IMG/VR virus record: IMGVR_UViG_2681813317_000014
Strand: one strand, 5' to 3'
From: a virus
Lineage: Duplodnaviria; Heunggongvirae; Uroviricota; Caudoviricetes
DNA: 31,190 nt
Below the pieces are notes generated by a model. It saw nothing but the letters and a program-made list of their open reading frames with translations, ran no database searches and was not told the DNA's origin. This document shows, piece after piece, positions 1 through 8,267 of the stretch. Each line of letters starts with the position of its first letter. Positions within the stretch are counted from its first letter, which is position 1. The position numbers were made by a program, and so were the translations under genes.

Positions 1-219
1 TCACATCCACATAATTTGCTGCCCTGACGGCAACGGGTGCGGCCTTACGGCGTGGACTTCTCCCGGCTTCACGATGTATCTCTGTACCGACTCATAGGTG
101 ATGAACGTGGCGCTGCAATTCACGTTCTGACACTGGTGATAACGCTCTTTTGTCGTGTCAGTGATATAGCGGCTTGTACGCGCATGTGCGGCATGCTGGC
201 ATAAAGGACAATGAAACAT
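1..219 (-). CDS. ogr: Ogr late-gene transcription activator (zinc-finger, 72 aa)
   Basis: ORF 1..282 (-) contains MFHCPLCQHAAHARTSRYITDTTKERYHQCQNVNCSATF..., which I recognise as P2 Ogr with its C-x2-C...C-x4-C zinc finger. Start taken at the internal Met giving the 72-aa product; the longer ORF start at 282 is an alternative. Confidence 0.85.
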   Translation of the reverse strand: MFHCPLCQHAAHARTSRYITDTTKERYHQCQNVNCSATFITYESVQRYIVKPGEVHAVRPHPLPSGQQIMWM

Positions 220-300
220 CGCGAGCACCTCTTCCGGTTTTGTTGATAGTGCCATTTTAGTTAATTTATCCTTATAAAACAAACAGATAAATAAAACACA

Positions 301-1464
301 TCATTCTTCATCTTCTGTTTCGTACTCCACATCAGAAAGCCTGACCTCAAGCTCTAAGGACGTCGTGAAGCCGCTATTATTCAGAAAATGTGTCACCTTA
401 GTGATTGTCCAGTCCTGCTCGTCTATGACGCGCTTAAAGCCTGACACTCTGACCGGTGTTTCCGTGTAAATATCTGCACGACCGGTAGCCAGGATGATGG
501 AGAACTCCGCAACGCCCCGTTGCAGTTTATCCCACTTCGCCTGAGCGGCACGCATGGCCTGCGCTTTTGTGGCATATACCGTGGTCAGGGCAAAAACGTT
601 GTCAGCTTCACCTGCCATGTATTCACCTTCGCGCGCTTCCGGTGCTTTTGGCGCTTTCTTCTGCGTGACCGGTTTCGCTTTGGGGTGCTCCAGTGCGCGC
701 AGGTGTTTTTCTTTCTTTTTGCGTTTCAGTTTTACCTTCTGCTTTTGAGGCTTCGGGTCTTTAGTGTGTAGCCATTTTGCCGTTACACCGGTGTAGGCTC
801 CACGGTCAGCAATCGCAAAATGATGACGGTCGCCGTCGCTGCGGGTGATGATGACCTGCGGGATTTTCTTACCGCTGGCCGTCACCCCCCGCCCCGCCTT
901 AAGAAATAACAGTTTTCCCATTTTTACCGACACCTCACCGCCGTTGCGTTCAGCAAGGCGGGTCAGGAATTTTGCATCAGACTCCTGCGACTGGTCGATG
1001 TGCGGGATTTTAATTCCGGCCAGCGACGGAGCGACACTGGCTTCCAGCCTGTTACGGGTGGCTATCGCCTCAACAATCGCACCAAGCGTGGTGTCATGCC
1101 AGGAGCCTTCCCGGCGGGAATTGAGCGTCCCGCGAAAATCTGCACTCCGGGCGCGGATGGTGACCACATCCGGCGCGCCCCGGTGTTCAACCTCATCAAC
1201 GGTAAATTTCCCTTTGCATACCAGGGCAAAACCTTTCCAGCCGATATACACCGTCAGGACAGCGCCACGAACCGGCAGTCCGACCTGCCCGTCGGCATCG
1301 TTCAGTTCAATATCAAGCTGGTCAGCCTCAAAGCCCCGGTTATCCGTCAGAGTCATGCTCATCAGACGGTCGCTGATATTGCCGGTAATATCCCTGCTGT
1401 CGAGCATCAGCATGTAATCCGGCGTCAGCGTACTGCCTGCATCAAATGTCAGCGCATCCAGCAT
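301..1464 (-). CDS. D: Tail protein D (late control gene D, tail assembly)
   Basis: 387-aa ORF in the position and size of P2 gpD, last gene of the FI-FII-E-T-U-D operon. The sequence is recognisable as gpD family, with a lysine-rich linker (KPQKQKVKLKRKKKEKH). Confidence 0.93.
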   Translation of the reverse strand: MLDALTFDAGSTLTPDYMLMLDSRDITGNISDRLMSMTLTDNRGFEADQLDIELNDADGQVGLPVRGAVLTVYIGWKGFALVCKGKFTVDEVEHRGAPDVVTIRARSADFRGTLNSRREGSWHDTTLGAIVEAIATRNRLEASVAPSLAGIKIPHIDQSQESDAKFLTRLAERNGGEVSVKMGKLLFLKAGRGVTASGKKIPQVIITRSDGDRHHFAIADRGAYTGVTAKWLHTKDPKPQKQKVKLKRKKKEKHLRALEHPKAKPVTQKKAPKAPEAREGEYMAGEADNVFALTTVYATKAQAMRAAQAKWDKLQRGVAEFSIILATGRADIYTETPVRVSGFKRVIDEQDWTITKVTHFLNNSGFTTSLELEVRLSDVEYETEDEE

Positions 1465-1943
1465 TATCCCGCCCCCGTCATACCCGTGAATCTGGTCGCC
1501 ATACTGCCAGCCTTACCGATGAGCGATTCCGCCTGTTTACCGATATCGCCATAAAGCGCGGCCAGTGATTCATCAACGCGGGTGAGCGACAGCGTAAAAT
1601 CAATTTTTCGGGGTGTGCCGTCTGCAAAGAAAATACTCCCTGTTTCACTCACCCTGCTGATGACATACATGCCGTAAATCATGCCGGTGCCATCCAGCAA
1701 CGGCCACGCCCGGCCTTCCTCTGCCATCAGTCTGAGCGTGGTCATCGTCAGCTTGCCGCCGGTCAGTTCGGGATAAAGCACACCGGCAAGCGTGATGTTT
1801 TCCTCACCCACACCGAGAAACTGAAAGGCATCCCGTTTACCAATACGGGAATTTGACGGCCAGCGATAATCTGATTCACGCTGCATGGTCTGGTGTGGCA
1901 GCGTCTGGCGCATAAAAACAAACATACCTAACGCGAGCATCAT
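1464..1943 (-). CDS. U: Tail protein U (tail terminator-like)
   Basis: 159-aa ORF between T and D. Its stop overlaps the D start by 1 nt, indicating translational coupling. Size and order match P2 gpU. Confidence 0.93.
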   Translation of the reverse strand: MMLALGMFVFMRQTLPHQTMQRESDYRWPSNSRIGKRDAFQFLGVGEENITLAGVLYPELTGGKLTMTTLRLMAEEGRAWPLLDGTGMIYGMYVISRVSETGSIFFADGTPRKIDFTLSLTRVDESLAALYGDIGKQAESLIGKAGSMATRFTGMTGAG

Positions 1944-1957
1944 TTTTCGTCACCTCC

Positions 1958-4405
1958 TTAACCGTCATGCATCATGCTGGCACGGGCGCGCGCACGTTTA
2001 TCCCGCTCGTATTTTTCGAGCGCATCCTGTAACTGGCGGTCAAACTGTGTCCCCGGCGCAGTACCACCGGTCAGGCTGATGTGATATTCGTTTTTACTCT
2101 GGTCCACATAAGAGCGGCCAGCCGGTGCCGTGACCGGCTGATAAGCCTGATAACCTGCATAAGAGCTGGTCGCCGGAATATAACCACCGGTGCCATACGT
2201 GGCGGCATGAGTCCTTGCGGCGGTCTGGTCAAGTGTGTCTGACTCTTTGTTGATAACCCCGAGTTTTTCCAGTACCCAGTCTATACCGCTGCGCAGTTTG
2301 TTGAACGCATTAAGCGGCAGCATCAGCGCGTCAGCCAGTGCCTGCCCGAACATGACGCCCGTGTCACGGCAACGGTTCAGGGTGTCCTGGGTGGCTTTGA
2401 CCGGGGCAATCAGGTTTTTAAACCACTGCCACGCGGCCTGTAACTTTTCGCCCAGCCAGTCAAACACCGGCTTAAGTGGCGTGAACAGTTCTCCCACCGG
2501 CGCAAATGCCGCTTTCAGCCCTTCCACCACACCGCCAAAGAATGCGCTGACAGGCTCCCAGTATTTACGGATAAGCAACGCCCCGGCGACAATTGCAGCC
2601 ACCACGGCCACAACCGGCCAGCTAATCGCCCCGATGGCCGTCATAACGGCACTACCAACCGTCGTGAAGATTGCCCCCATTGCGCCTGCTGCCGCGATGA
2701 TGGCATTGATGCCGGTGATAACCGGCCAGGCTACGAGGCCAATGGCACCGATGATGCCAGTAAGCGCCAGTGCGCCACCGGCAATGAGACCAATGGTTGA
2801 CGCCAGTGATTTGTTTTTCTGTATCCAGCCGTCGAGTTTTAACACATACTTTGTGACCGTCTGCGTGAGCTTACGCAGCGCGCCTTCCTGCTGGTCAAAC
2901 AGGTCAGTCCCCACCGCCTCATAAGCGGACTGAAACTCCTTAAAGTCACCGCCGAGGTTGTCCTGCATGATATTTACCAGCTCGGCGGTCTTCCCGTCTG
3001 AGGCTTTAAACGCAGCGGTCAGTTTGTCCAGCTTTCCGGTTGAGGCGGCAGTCATCAGCACAGCGGCGGCTGAGCTGGCCTCCTCCCCGAAAATGGTTTT
3101 CATGTATTCAGCCTGCTGGGCAGTACCGAGCCGGTTTTTCTCAAAACTGGCCTGCATTTCTTTCAGAATGGTAAATACTGGTCGGGTATTCCCCTTGCTG
3201 TCTGAGGTTTTCACGCCAAGCTCTTTGAGTGCATCCCATGCTTTTCCCGTCGGTGCCTGCAGGCGACTTAACACGGCACGGCTTCCCGTCCCCGCCATTG
3301 AGCCTGTGATTTTTGCATCATGCAGCGCCCCGACCATTGCGGCGGTTTCTTCAATGCTGACACCGGCATTTTTTGCCACAGGTGCGGCATAGGTCAGCGC
3401 ATCGCTCATGCCGTCAAAATCGGCGGCGGTTTTGTTCATCGTCATGGAGAGAACATCCCCGATATGAGCGACCTTATCGTTTGAAAGCTGAAAGGCGGAT
3501 TTCATCCCCATCAGCAGGGCGGCGTTTTCTTCCATCGTGCGGCGGTTCGCCAGCGCCATATTCAGCGTGACCGGCGTTGCCGCCTGAATGGCATCAACAT
3601 CCCCACCGGCTTTCGCAATGATAATCTGTGCACCGGCTGCATCATCTGCCGAGGCTGCGGTATTGTCGCCGAGCTGGCGCGCCTGCTTGCGGAGTGCGGT
3701 CATTTCGGCGGAGTCTTTTGCCACTCCCAGCACAGCCTGCAATTCTGAGTTTTTCTGCGCAAACTCATAACCGGGCATCAGCAACTTAACTCCGGCCATC
3801 GTTCCCGCCGCCGCAATCCCCACACCGGCAGCGCCCACTGAGGCCATATTTCCGGCCAGTTCCTTTCCGGCCTGATAACGCTGTTTTACTGCGTTAAGTT
3901 TTGCCTGTTGCGCACTGACACGCGCCAGCGCGTCACGCTGACGGTTAAGCTGTGCGGTGGTTTCACTGATACGGTTTTTCAGTCCCTGCTCATCATGTGC
4001 AAGATTGCGGGTATTAATTCCCACAGCGGCCAGTTCCCGCTGCTGGCGTTTAACGGAATCCGTCAGGCGGTTATATTTCGCCTGTAAGTCCTCCGCCGCA
4101 CGCTTTGCGGATTCCAGCACTTTCGCCTGAGCACGGGTCGGACGTTCGGTGTTTTTAAACTGTGTGGCAAGGGCTTCGGCCTCCTGCCGAGCCTTTTCAA
4201 GTGCATGACCAGTCACGGCGAGCTGTGCACTGGTCTTGCGAAATCCCTCAATACGGGATGCCTGACCGTTCAGCTCGCGCAGTGATTTTTGTGTGTCCCG
4301 GATATCCCCCGACAGCGACTTGCTCGCTGTACGGATGGATTTAAACGGGCGGGATGCCTGGTCAACAGCCCTGAGCAATACCTGTAATTTTACATTGTTA
4401 CTCAT
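1958..4405 (-). CDS. T: Tail tape measure protein T
   Basis: 815-aa ORF, alanine-rich and predicted coiled-coil at the N-terminus, with a hydrophobic Gly/Ala-rich central segment. It sits immediately downstream of the E/E' chaperone pair, as in P2. Confidence 0.95.
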   Translation of the reverse strand: MSNNVKLQVLLRAVDQASRPFKSIRTASKSLSGDIRDTQKSLRELNGQASRIEGFRKTSAQLAVTGHALEKARQEAEALATQFKNTERPTRAQAKVLESAKRAAEDLQAKYNRLTDSVKRQQRELAAVGINTRNLAHDEQGLKNRISETTAQLNRQRDALARVSAQQAKLNAVKQRYQAGKELAGNMASVGAAGVGIAAAGTMAGVKLLMPGYEFAQKNSELQAVLGVAKDSAEMTALRKQARQLGDNTAASADDAAGAQIIIAKAGGDVDAIQAATPVTLNMALANRRTMEENAALLMGMKSAFQLSNDKVAHIGDVLSMTMNKTAADFDGMSDALTYAAPVAKNAGVSIEETAAMVGALHDAKITGSMAGTGSRAVLSRLQAPTGKAWDALKELGVKTSDSKGNTRPVFTILKEMQASFEKNRLGTAQQAEYMKTIFGEEASSAAAVLMTAASTGKLDKLTAAFKASDGKTAELVNIMQDNLGGDFKEFQSAYEAVGTDLFDQQEGALRKLTQTVTKYVLKLDGWIQKNKSLASTIGLIAGGALALTGIIGAIGLVAWPVITGINAIIAAAGAMGAIFTTVGSAVMTAIGAISWPVVAVVAAIVAGALLIRKYWEPVSAFFGGVVEGLKAAFAPVGELFTPLKPVFDWLGEKLQAAWQWFKNLIAPVKATQDTLNRCRDTGVMFGQALADALMLPLNAFNKLRSGIDWVLEKLGVINKESDTLDQTAARTHAATYGTGGYIPATSSYAGYQAYQPVTAPAGRSYVDQSKNEYHISLTGGTAPGTQFDRQLQDALEKYERDKRARARASMMHDG

Positions 4406-4825
4406 TCGTGTTTCCGCTTCGCCGGAGCGCCTTTTCGCGCCATGTGATGAGTTCGGTCAGGCTCATGGGATACAGTTCTGATGGCGGCCAGTGAAATATC
4501 ACTGCCACATCCGCCATCAGGTCATCGACCGACAGATTTTTCGGAAACGTCACTGCACCGAGTTCGGCGACAAAAAACCGACCACCTTACCGGCCAGCGC
4601 CACAAGGTCAGGCAGTTCCAGCGCGGCGACTTCCTGCTCGGTCAGCATCGGTGCCGTCATGCGCGGCAGCACCTTAATCAGTGCATCGACTTCGGAGTTC
4701 GCGACCGCAGCCAGACTGACACCGCGCAGCGTCCCGGCATTAGGTTTCATCAGCGTGACCTGTTCGATAACCTGCTCACCACGTTTAACCGGATTGTCCA
4801 GGGTAATGACATTTTCTTTGTTCAT
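4398..4825 (-). CDS. E': Tail assembly chaperone E+E' (programmed -1 frameshift product)
   Basis: Manual translation: after a -1 slip at the heptamer (plus coordinates 4571..4577) the reading frame stays open until a TAA at 4398..4400, overlapping the T start codon (4403..4405) by 8 nt. This reproduces the known P2 E/E' arrangement. Confidence 0.75.
4550..4825 (-). CDS. E: Tail assembly chaperone E
   Basis: 91-aa ORF between FII and T, the conserved position of P2 gpE. It ends ...GFLSPNSVQ and contains the T TTT TTG slippery heptamer near its 3' end. Confidence 0.9.
   Translation of the reverse strand: MNKENVITLDNPVKRGEQVIEQVTLMKPNAGTLRGVSLAAVANSEVDALIKVLPRMTAPMLTEQEVAALELPDLVALAGKVVGFLSPNSVQ
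4571..4577 (-). promoter_or_regulatory. -1 ribosomal frameshift slippery heptamer T TTT TTG (E to E')
   Basis: The coding strand reads GGT TTT TTG TCG in the E frame. X XXY YYZ heptamers of this type are the established frameshift signal in tail chaperone genes (P2 E/E', lambda G/GT). Confidence 0.75.
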
Positions 4826-4881
4826 GGTTTTCTCACTTCTGAATCAGGGTTAACCGGTCAGCCAGGCTGACCGGATGAAAA

Positions 4882-5400
4882 TCACAGGCCGATATTGCGG
4901 CGGTGTTGCTCCAGCCGGTCGACGCCGTTCACCTTCTCAATCATGTTGATGGTGTCGATTTCGACCAGCTCCTTACCGTCCATCGTCAGCCGGAAATAGG
5001 TGCAGACCACGGAGATTTTCGACTCGGTGTCTTCTCCCTGTTTACCCTCGCCGGTGTCGATTTCTTTCTGACGTCCACGCATGACCACCTCGACGGCCAC
5101 CGTTTCGCCGGTATCGTCGCGCTGGTAAGAGCCTGCAAAACGAATCGGTACGGCATCCACACCGGTTGCGGCGTAAAGCTCCCAGATAACCGAATCAGGG
5201 AAGCCACCGAGCGACCACTCCATTGACAGCGCATCGTCATCAAGGCCGAGGTCTACCGGTGCGCTGCCATTCATCCCCGCACCGCGATAGTTTTCGAGCT
5301 TACGGGTCAGTTTTGGCAGCGTGACGGACTTTGCAACGCCCTGATAGCTGTAGCCGTTCAGAAAGACGTTCATTAACTTGAGTTTGCGCGGCATTGCCAT
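4882..5400 (-). CDS. FII: Major tail tube protein FII
   Basis: 172-aa ORF immediately downstream of the sheath gene. Size and order match P2 gpFII. Confidence 0.95.
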   Translation of the reverse strand: MAMPRKLKLMNVFLNGYSYQGVAKSVTLPKLTRKLENYRGAGMNGSAPVDLGLDDDALSMEWSLGGFPDSVIWELYAATGVDAVPIRFAGSYQRDDTGETVAVEVVMRGRQKEIDTGEGKQGEDTESKISVVCTYFRLTMDGKELVEIDTINMIEKVNGVDRLEQHRRNIGL

Positions 5401-5412
5401 CGGTCAGGCTCC

Positions 5413-6603
5413 TTAATTGCTGTTAACCGAGGTGACCAGATTCGCCAGGTATTTATCGGTAATACGCTGGCGCAGGGTCAGGTTTTCGAGAGGAGGCGCC
5501 GGTGTATAGTCGTAGTCGATATACAGTTTTCCGGCCTTGAGGGTTTCCGCATCGTTGGATTCTTCGCTGAACCAGCAGGTCGCATCCACGATATAGCCGT
5601 TTGTTTTCAGCTCACGGAATTTGGCATTGATGCCGTCAACGATGTCACGAATCAGCGTTGCGGTGATGGGCTTGTCCACCGCCCACATGTGCGCCTCAGC
5701 CATCGTGTCGGCCAGCACCTGCGCGGTGCGGGTGTAGTTTTCAAAGAGGAACAGCGGGTCATCAGAGCAGGTACGGTTACCCCAGAAGCGGAAACCGTCG
5801 CGGCGAATCAGCGTAGTGACGCCTGACTCGTTAAGCAGGTCAGCATCGGTGCCGGACTCCTGCAAATCCCAGAAGACGGATGCGCTGATGCCGGTAACAC
5901 CGTTCACCCCGACATTGGACAGCGTTTTATGCCAGCCCTGCTCCTGGTCGATTTTAGCGCGCAGACCCAGCGCACGGGCGGTGGCATACGCGGTGGCGGT
6001 GGTACTGGCGACCGTATCCCATGCGAGGAAATCCGGCCAGATGACCATCAGCTCACGCTGGCTGAAATTCTGGCGGTAGGCTTTCACCTCGGAAATGGTC
6101 TTACATCCCCATGCGCTGATATACCCGAAAGCACGCAGCTTCTGACAGACTGATGCCAGTGCAACAGCCACCTCTTTGGTGTCCAGTCCCGGCACGCCGA
6201 GAATACGCGGTTTAACACCAGTTACCGACTCCGCCGCCAGCAGGGCTTTCAGTCCGGTGTACTGACCGTTTTCGTCGGTGGTGCCGATGATATTGGAAAC
6301 GGTCTGCGCGAGTTTTGTTTCCTCGTCGTCGCCGGTGCCGTCTTCCACACGCACGACAACGGTGACCGGTTTTGACTGGTCAGCGATGGCCTGCAACGAC
6401 GCCGCCAGCGTGCCTTTTTTACCGGCCTTTGCAATTGCGCTTTGCACATTGGTAATCAGCACCGGTTTATTGAGGGGGAAGGTTTCCGCATCCGCATCGC
6501 TGGCCGTGCAGACCATGCCGACAATGGCAGTGGATACGGTGGAAATGACGCGGGTGCCGTCGTTAATCTCCAGCACCTGCACGCCGTGATGATAGTCACT
6601 CAT
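5413..6603 (-). CDS. FI: Major tail sheath protein FI
   Basis: 396-aa ORF, first gene of the FI-FII-E-T-U-D operon. Size, order and sequence resemble P2 gpFI. Confidence 0.95.
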   Translation of the reverse strand: MSDYHHGVQVLEINDGTRVISTVSTAIVGMVCTASDADAETFPLNKPVLITNVQSAIAKAGKKGTLAASLQAIADQSKPVTVVVRVEDGTGDDEETKLAQTVSNIIGTTDENGQYTGLKALLAAESVTGVKPRILGVPGLDTKEVAVALASVCQKLRAFGYISAWGCKTISEVKAYRQNFSQRELMVIWPDFLAWDTVASTTATAYATARALGLRAKIDQEQGWHKTLSNVGVNGVTGISASVFWDLQESGTDADLLNESGVTTLIRRDGFRFWGNRTCSDDPLFLFENYTRTAQVLADTMAEAHMWAVDKPITATLIRDIVDGINAKFRELKTNGYIVDATCWFSEESNDAETLKAGKLYIDYDYTPAPPLENLTLRQRITDKYLANLVTSVNSN

Positions 6604-6662
6604 CCGTTTAACTCCGTGGTTAATGGGTGAGTGGTATTTTCAGTTGTGCCGGAGATGTCAGG

Positions 6663-7262
6663 CTATTTGTCCCGGTTGGCTAAGGGATGACACAATTTAT
6701 TCTTTGTCGCTGATGAGGGGAATTTTTTATAGAGCGTGGACAGGCCAATATCAAAAATCAGCGCCACACGTTGACGAGATTCCCCCGCAGCCAGCAACCG
6801 TCCGACCTGCTCCCACTCACTCGCGGTGAGTTTCGGTCGTCTGCCACCAATACGACCTTTGGCTCTGGCCGCTTCCAGCCCGGCCCGAGTCCGCTCGACA
6901 ATGAGTTCTCGTTCCATTTCAGCCAGGGCACCCATCACATGAAAGAAAAAACGCCCCATCGGCGTGCTGGTATCAATAGCATCTGTCAGGCTGCGAAAAT
7001 TAACGCCGCGTTCGCGCAGTTCCTCAACCAGAATGACCAGATGCCGCATACTACGCCCCAGCCTGTCCAGCTTCCAGACTACCAGAGTGTCACCTGCTGA
7101 TAATGTCCTGAGCAGTTTTTTCAGTCCCGGCCTGTCGGACTTCGTGCCGCTGATTTTGTCCTCAAAAATCAGCTCACATCCTGCGCACTCCAGCGCATTA
7201 CGCTGCAATTCCGTGTTCTGGTCATTTGTTGACACGCGTACATAGCCAATAAGCATGAGCAT
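6663..7262 (-). CDS. Site-specific DNA invertase, serine recombinase (Hin/Gin/Cin/Pin family)
   Basis: N-terminus M-LIGYVRVSTNDQNTELQRNAL with the catalytic Ser in the VRVST motif, and a C-terminal helix-turn-helix. Near-identical in layout to Gin/Pin/Cin. The true start is probably the internal Met at 7256 (MLIGYV...). It lies adjacent to cix-like sites and invertible tail-fibre cassettes. Confidence 0.92.
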   Translation of the reverse strand: MLMLIGYVRVSTNDQNTELQRNALECAGCELIFEDKISGTKSDRPGLKKLLRTLSAGDTLVVWKLDRLGRSMRHLVILVEELRERGVNFRSLTDAIDTSTPMGRFFFHVMGALAEMERELIVERTRAGLEAARAKGRIGGRRPKLTASEWEQVGRLLAAGESRQRVALIFDIGLSTLYKKFPSSATKNKLCHPLANRDK

Positions 7263-7283
7263 CCCCCTGAATAAAAACCGGAG

Positions 7284-7697
7284 ATGATGCCAGTTACCCG
7301 TTATCTCTGCATTTTCATAAACGTTGGTTTGGGAGAAGCGGCAAAACGGAATGTGGGGACAGGGGAAAATCAGATACCGGACATGGCCTCGTTTGCCAGT
7401 GGTGATGGATGGATGAAATTACCCAACGGGAAAATCCTGCAATATGGTCGAGGTGAGGCTATGCCGAAATTATCGACGCAAACAATGAGGATTACATTTC
7501 CTATCCCTTTCCCTAAAAAAGCGGATATCGCCATTCTTACCCATTCTGGCGATGGCGGTGCGCCTTTTGGTGCAGGGCGTGGATTCGTTATGTCCGTAGA
7601 AGGCCCAACATTAACCGGCTTTAATTCTGCTTACAGAACTGCATCAACCAGCGACAAGGTGTCAATGACTTACAGTTGGTGGGCTGTTGGTGAATAA
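7284..7697 (+). CDS. Silent tail-fibre C-terminal cassette C1, copy a (duplicate of H residues about 341-473 with an 18-codon unique leader)
   Basis: The 137-aa ORF is identical from [16 protein letters not shown]... to the end with the C-terminus of the 473-aa H ORF (10363..11784, minus). It is fused to H-type sequence exactly at the cix site. Probably not independently expressed. Confidence 0.5.
   Translation: MMPVTRYLCIFINVGLGEAAKRNVGTGENQIPDMASFASGDGWMKLPNGKILQYGRGEAMPKLSTQTMRITFPIPFPKKADIAILTHSGDGGAPFGAGRGFVMSVEGPTLTGFNSAYRTASTSDKVSMTYSWWAVGE
7312..7337 (+). other. cix/gix-like 26-bp invertase crossover site 1 (TTTTCATAAACG TT GGTTTGGGAGAA)
   Basis: The right arm is identical to the arms of sites 2 and 3; the left arm is degenerate (about 8 of 12). 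The central TT dinucleotide and the AAACC-NN-GGTTT core resemble hix/gix/cix sites. It lies between the invertase start and the duplicated C1 cassette. Confidence 0.55.
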
Positions 7698-8267
7698 TTT
7701 TATTCAGGATGATTTATATGAACGAATATGTTTATAGCGCAAGGCATAATGCTTTTTTCCCTGTGGATATGATTGATAAATATAAATCAGAGGGATGGGA
7801 TTTATCAGATGCTAAGGAGGTGAGTCAAAATATTATCAGTGAATTTATGGCTGAACCGCCACAAGGAAAAATCCGTATTGCCGGAGGTGATGGGCTGCCC
7901 GCGTGGGCGGATATTCCTGCCCCTACGCATGAAGAACTTATTGAAATTACTGAATCAGAAAGACAGCTACTAATTAATCAGGCCAACGATTATATGAACA
8001 GTAAACAATGGCCTGGTAAAGCGGCTATTGGTCGTCTGAAAGGCGAGGAACTGGCGCAATATAATCTGTGGCTGGATTATCTGGACGCACTGGAACTGGT
8101 CGATACTTCCGGTGCGCCAGATATTAAATGGCCTACGCCTCCGGCAGTTCAGGCCAGATGACATCCGGCGCGGTGCTGGTATCTGTTGCCGTCACCGCGT
8201 CAGTGTAATCCAGCACGGCGTTAAGTCGGGTTGTTTCTGCCTGCGTCAGTTTCCGTCCGGCCTGCAA
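7324..8267. repeat. Inverted duplication arm A (C1 cassette + tfa1 + 3' end of tfa2), partner 9793..10736
   Basis: Reverse-complement identity was checked directly at both ends (7324..7349 against 10711..10736; 8251..8267 against 9793..9809). Encoded proteins are identical throughout. Internal nucleotides were not checked base by base. Confidence 0.8.
7709..8161 (+). CDS. Tail fibre assembly protein, cassette-1 chaperone, duplicate copy a
   Basis: 150-aa ORF identical in protein sequence to ORF 9899..10351 (-). It lies within the 944-bp inverted duplication (coordinates pair as p and 18060 minus p). Confidence 0.7.
   Translation: MIYMNEYVYSARHNAFFPVDMIDKYKSEGWDLSDAKEVSQNIISEFMAEPPQGKIRIAGGDGLPAWADIPAPTHEELIEITESERQLLINQANDYMNSKQWPGKAAIGRLKGEELAQYNLWLDYLDALELVDTSGAPDIKWPTPPAVQAR

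Noticed and set aside
520-1554. Plus-strand ORFs (83, 64, 190 and 184 aa) inside gene D
   Set aside because: They lie antisense to a well-supported conserved structural gene and have low-complexity, Arg/Ser/Pro-rich translations typical of spurious antisense frames in GC-rich DNA.
2235-3770. Plus-strand ORFs (229, 144, 65 and 60 aa) inside the tape measure gene T
   Set aside because: Antisense to T, with Ala/Ser/Pro-rich composition mirroring the Ala-rich T codons; no independent support.
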